From positions 372,001 through 436,000 of the forward strand of contig VJWM01000134.1 in assembly GCA_010909165.1 (NCBI GenBank): a DNA stretch of 64,000 nt. The letters are read 5' to 3'. Numbering within the stretch: position 1 is the first letter of the stretch; the number at the start of each line of letters is the position of its first letter. This DNA comes from Anthoceros angustus (taxonomy: Eukaryota; Plantae; Anthocerotophyta). Under the pieces are notes generated by a model, which did not search any database, was not told the DNA's origin, and saw only the letters and a program-made list of their open reading frames with translations. Below, in pieces: positions 62,900 through 64,000 of this stretch. A program made the translations under genes and the position numbers.

Positions 62900-63800
62900 T
62901 TGAAACACTAAACAAATGGTAACGAGCCAGGTAAGCACATGTAAATCCATAGCACGCCCGAGAGCAGCAATCCGTGACGAGTCGCCAATGGTACAGCATG
63001 AGTATCAAACCCCATGATACGTTCTCGTTCTTCCACAGGAGGCTCCTCCCATCGTTGAGTACGAACATTCAACAACAGCCCATTGCCACGATACGCGCAT
63101 AAGAACCGGAAAAGCGGCGGTGTGGGTAGAGTGCGGCGGCATGCGGTGATTAGTTGGAAACCACGGAGACTTCTCCACGGCCTTCACCGGACGCGGACTA
63201 TGATATGGTTCCAAAACATCTTGGCCGGGCTGATCATCACGTATGTCTGAAGTGCCAATTGCAAAATTGTGCATGGAGCCCAATTGGTCCAATAGGCGTA
63301 AGCGGTGGGCAAAGCTACCGACTGCGCGGCATCCATGACAAACGGAGATCCCACCACATGTTGGATCAAGCGTAGCATCGACAAACAAGTGCGGCCGAGG
63401 ATCTAAATGTGCGGAGTATTCTCGAGCACATACACCATATGAGGGTGCACTGAAGCCAATGCAAAATACGAGCCAACGACAAAAGCGATCCGCTCGTGGA
63501 TCACGCAAACCCGCACCTTGGCCAGCACGGAAAACCCGACACTCCCATCCGATCACCGGATCAGCGGGCAAAGCACGGATGTGAGATTGGTGAATGTCCG
63601 ACATCTTGAGGTAAAGCGTTGAGCGTAGTCACCCGTCGATCGAAACAAACTAGCATGGCGAGAATGTAAGCTGCGCAAGCGATGCCCGACAATGTTGACG
63701 GCCGGACAATTGTCCGCGTAATGCATTATTGGCAGCGCGTGGCGTAATAGAGCCTCCAAGCGATTACAAACCCCAAATAATTCCAATACCACATAACCGC
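62900..63800 (-). pseudogene. DNMT3-like C5 cytosine methyltransferase domain (motifs I, IV, VI, VIII, IX/X in order; frameshifted)
   Basis: VVLELFG (~63790), DPVIGWEC (~63550), YVLENT (~63420), MDAAQ/GSFAHRLR/YWTNWAP (~63300) and VEERERIMGFDTH (~63030). Confidence 0.82.
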
Positions 63801-64000
63801 GTACATGGGCCAAATAATGGTATGTTGATTCAAAGGTGGAAACAGCGTGGGCAGACTCAAGAAACGGCTTTGTCCCGGCCTCAATCCCGGCCGCATGAAA
63901 TTGCTGTAAAGCATACTCCACATCTTGCAGGCGGCATTCCATCTTGCTGACTCAACAACGGGGCACTCGCATCAGGGGCAATAGTATCCACATCATCAGA

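Larger units (their letters stand above)
56675..64000 (-). mobile_element. Ty3/Gypsy LTR retrotransposon: DNMT-RT-RNaseH-integrase-PHD-PPT-3'LTR; 5' part lies beyond the window
   Basis: RT: RMCGDYRPLN, DRYPMP, LDLRQGF, YIDDVL, YLGH. RNase H: IAYASR, ECLAAVWAV, LVTDHQPL. Integrase: CEQC, WSCDLIG, VEHFSKW, TDQGTEF, HPQADGLAER. Domain order is Gypsy-type. Confidence 0.92.

Overview
This is eukaryotic nuclear DNA from a compact land-plant genome with short introns and GC-rich exons. A non-seed plant such as a hornwort or Selaginella-type lycophyte is my inference. Many 1-bp indels in homopolymers suggest long-read error, so some 'frameshifts' may not be real. The window has four zones. (1) At 1-19.4 kb is an AT-rich composite tandem array of about 2.5 units of 6.8-7.6 kb. 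Each unit carries a thymidine-kinase remnant, 34-bp repeats, intronless haspin-like (pseudo)kinases, a spliced PHOSPHO/PPsPase-family HAD phosphatase and 3' fragments of an RLE-type LINE. (2) At 20-54 kb are ordinary host genes: LSM6, a C2/SRC2-like protein, D-lactate dehydrogenase, two YSL transporters, a DUF593 myosin-binding protein, a spliced CE4/NodB polysaccharide deacetylase, F-box genes, a PPR pseudogene and TM9SF/TMN11-like. (3) At 54-56.7 kb is a second AT-rich island with another decayed haspin-like copy. (4) At 56.7-64 kb is a minus-strand Ty3/Gypsy LTR retrotransposon. Its pol region carries a DNMT3-like cytosine methyltransferase upstream of RT and a PHD finger after integrase. 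The strongest leads are the methyltransferase/PHD-bearing Gypsy element and the possible large-DNA-virus-derived TK + haspin module.
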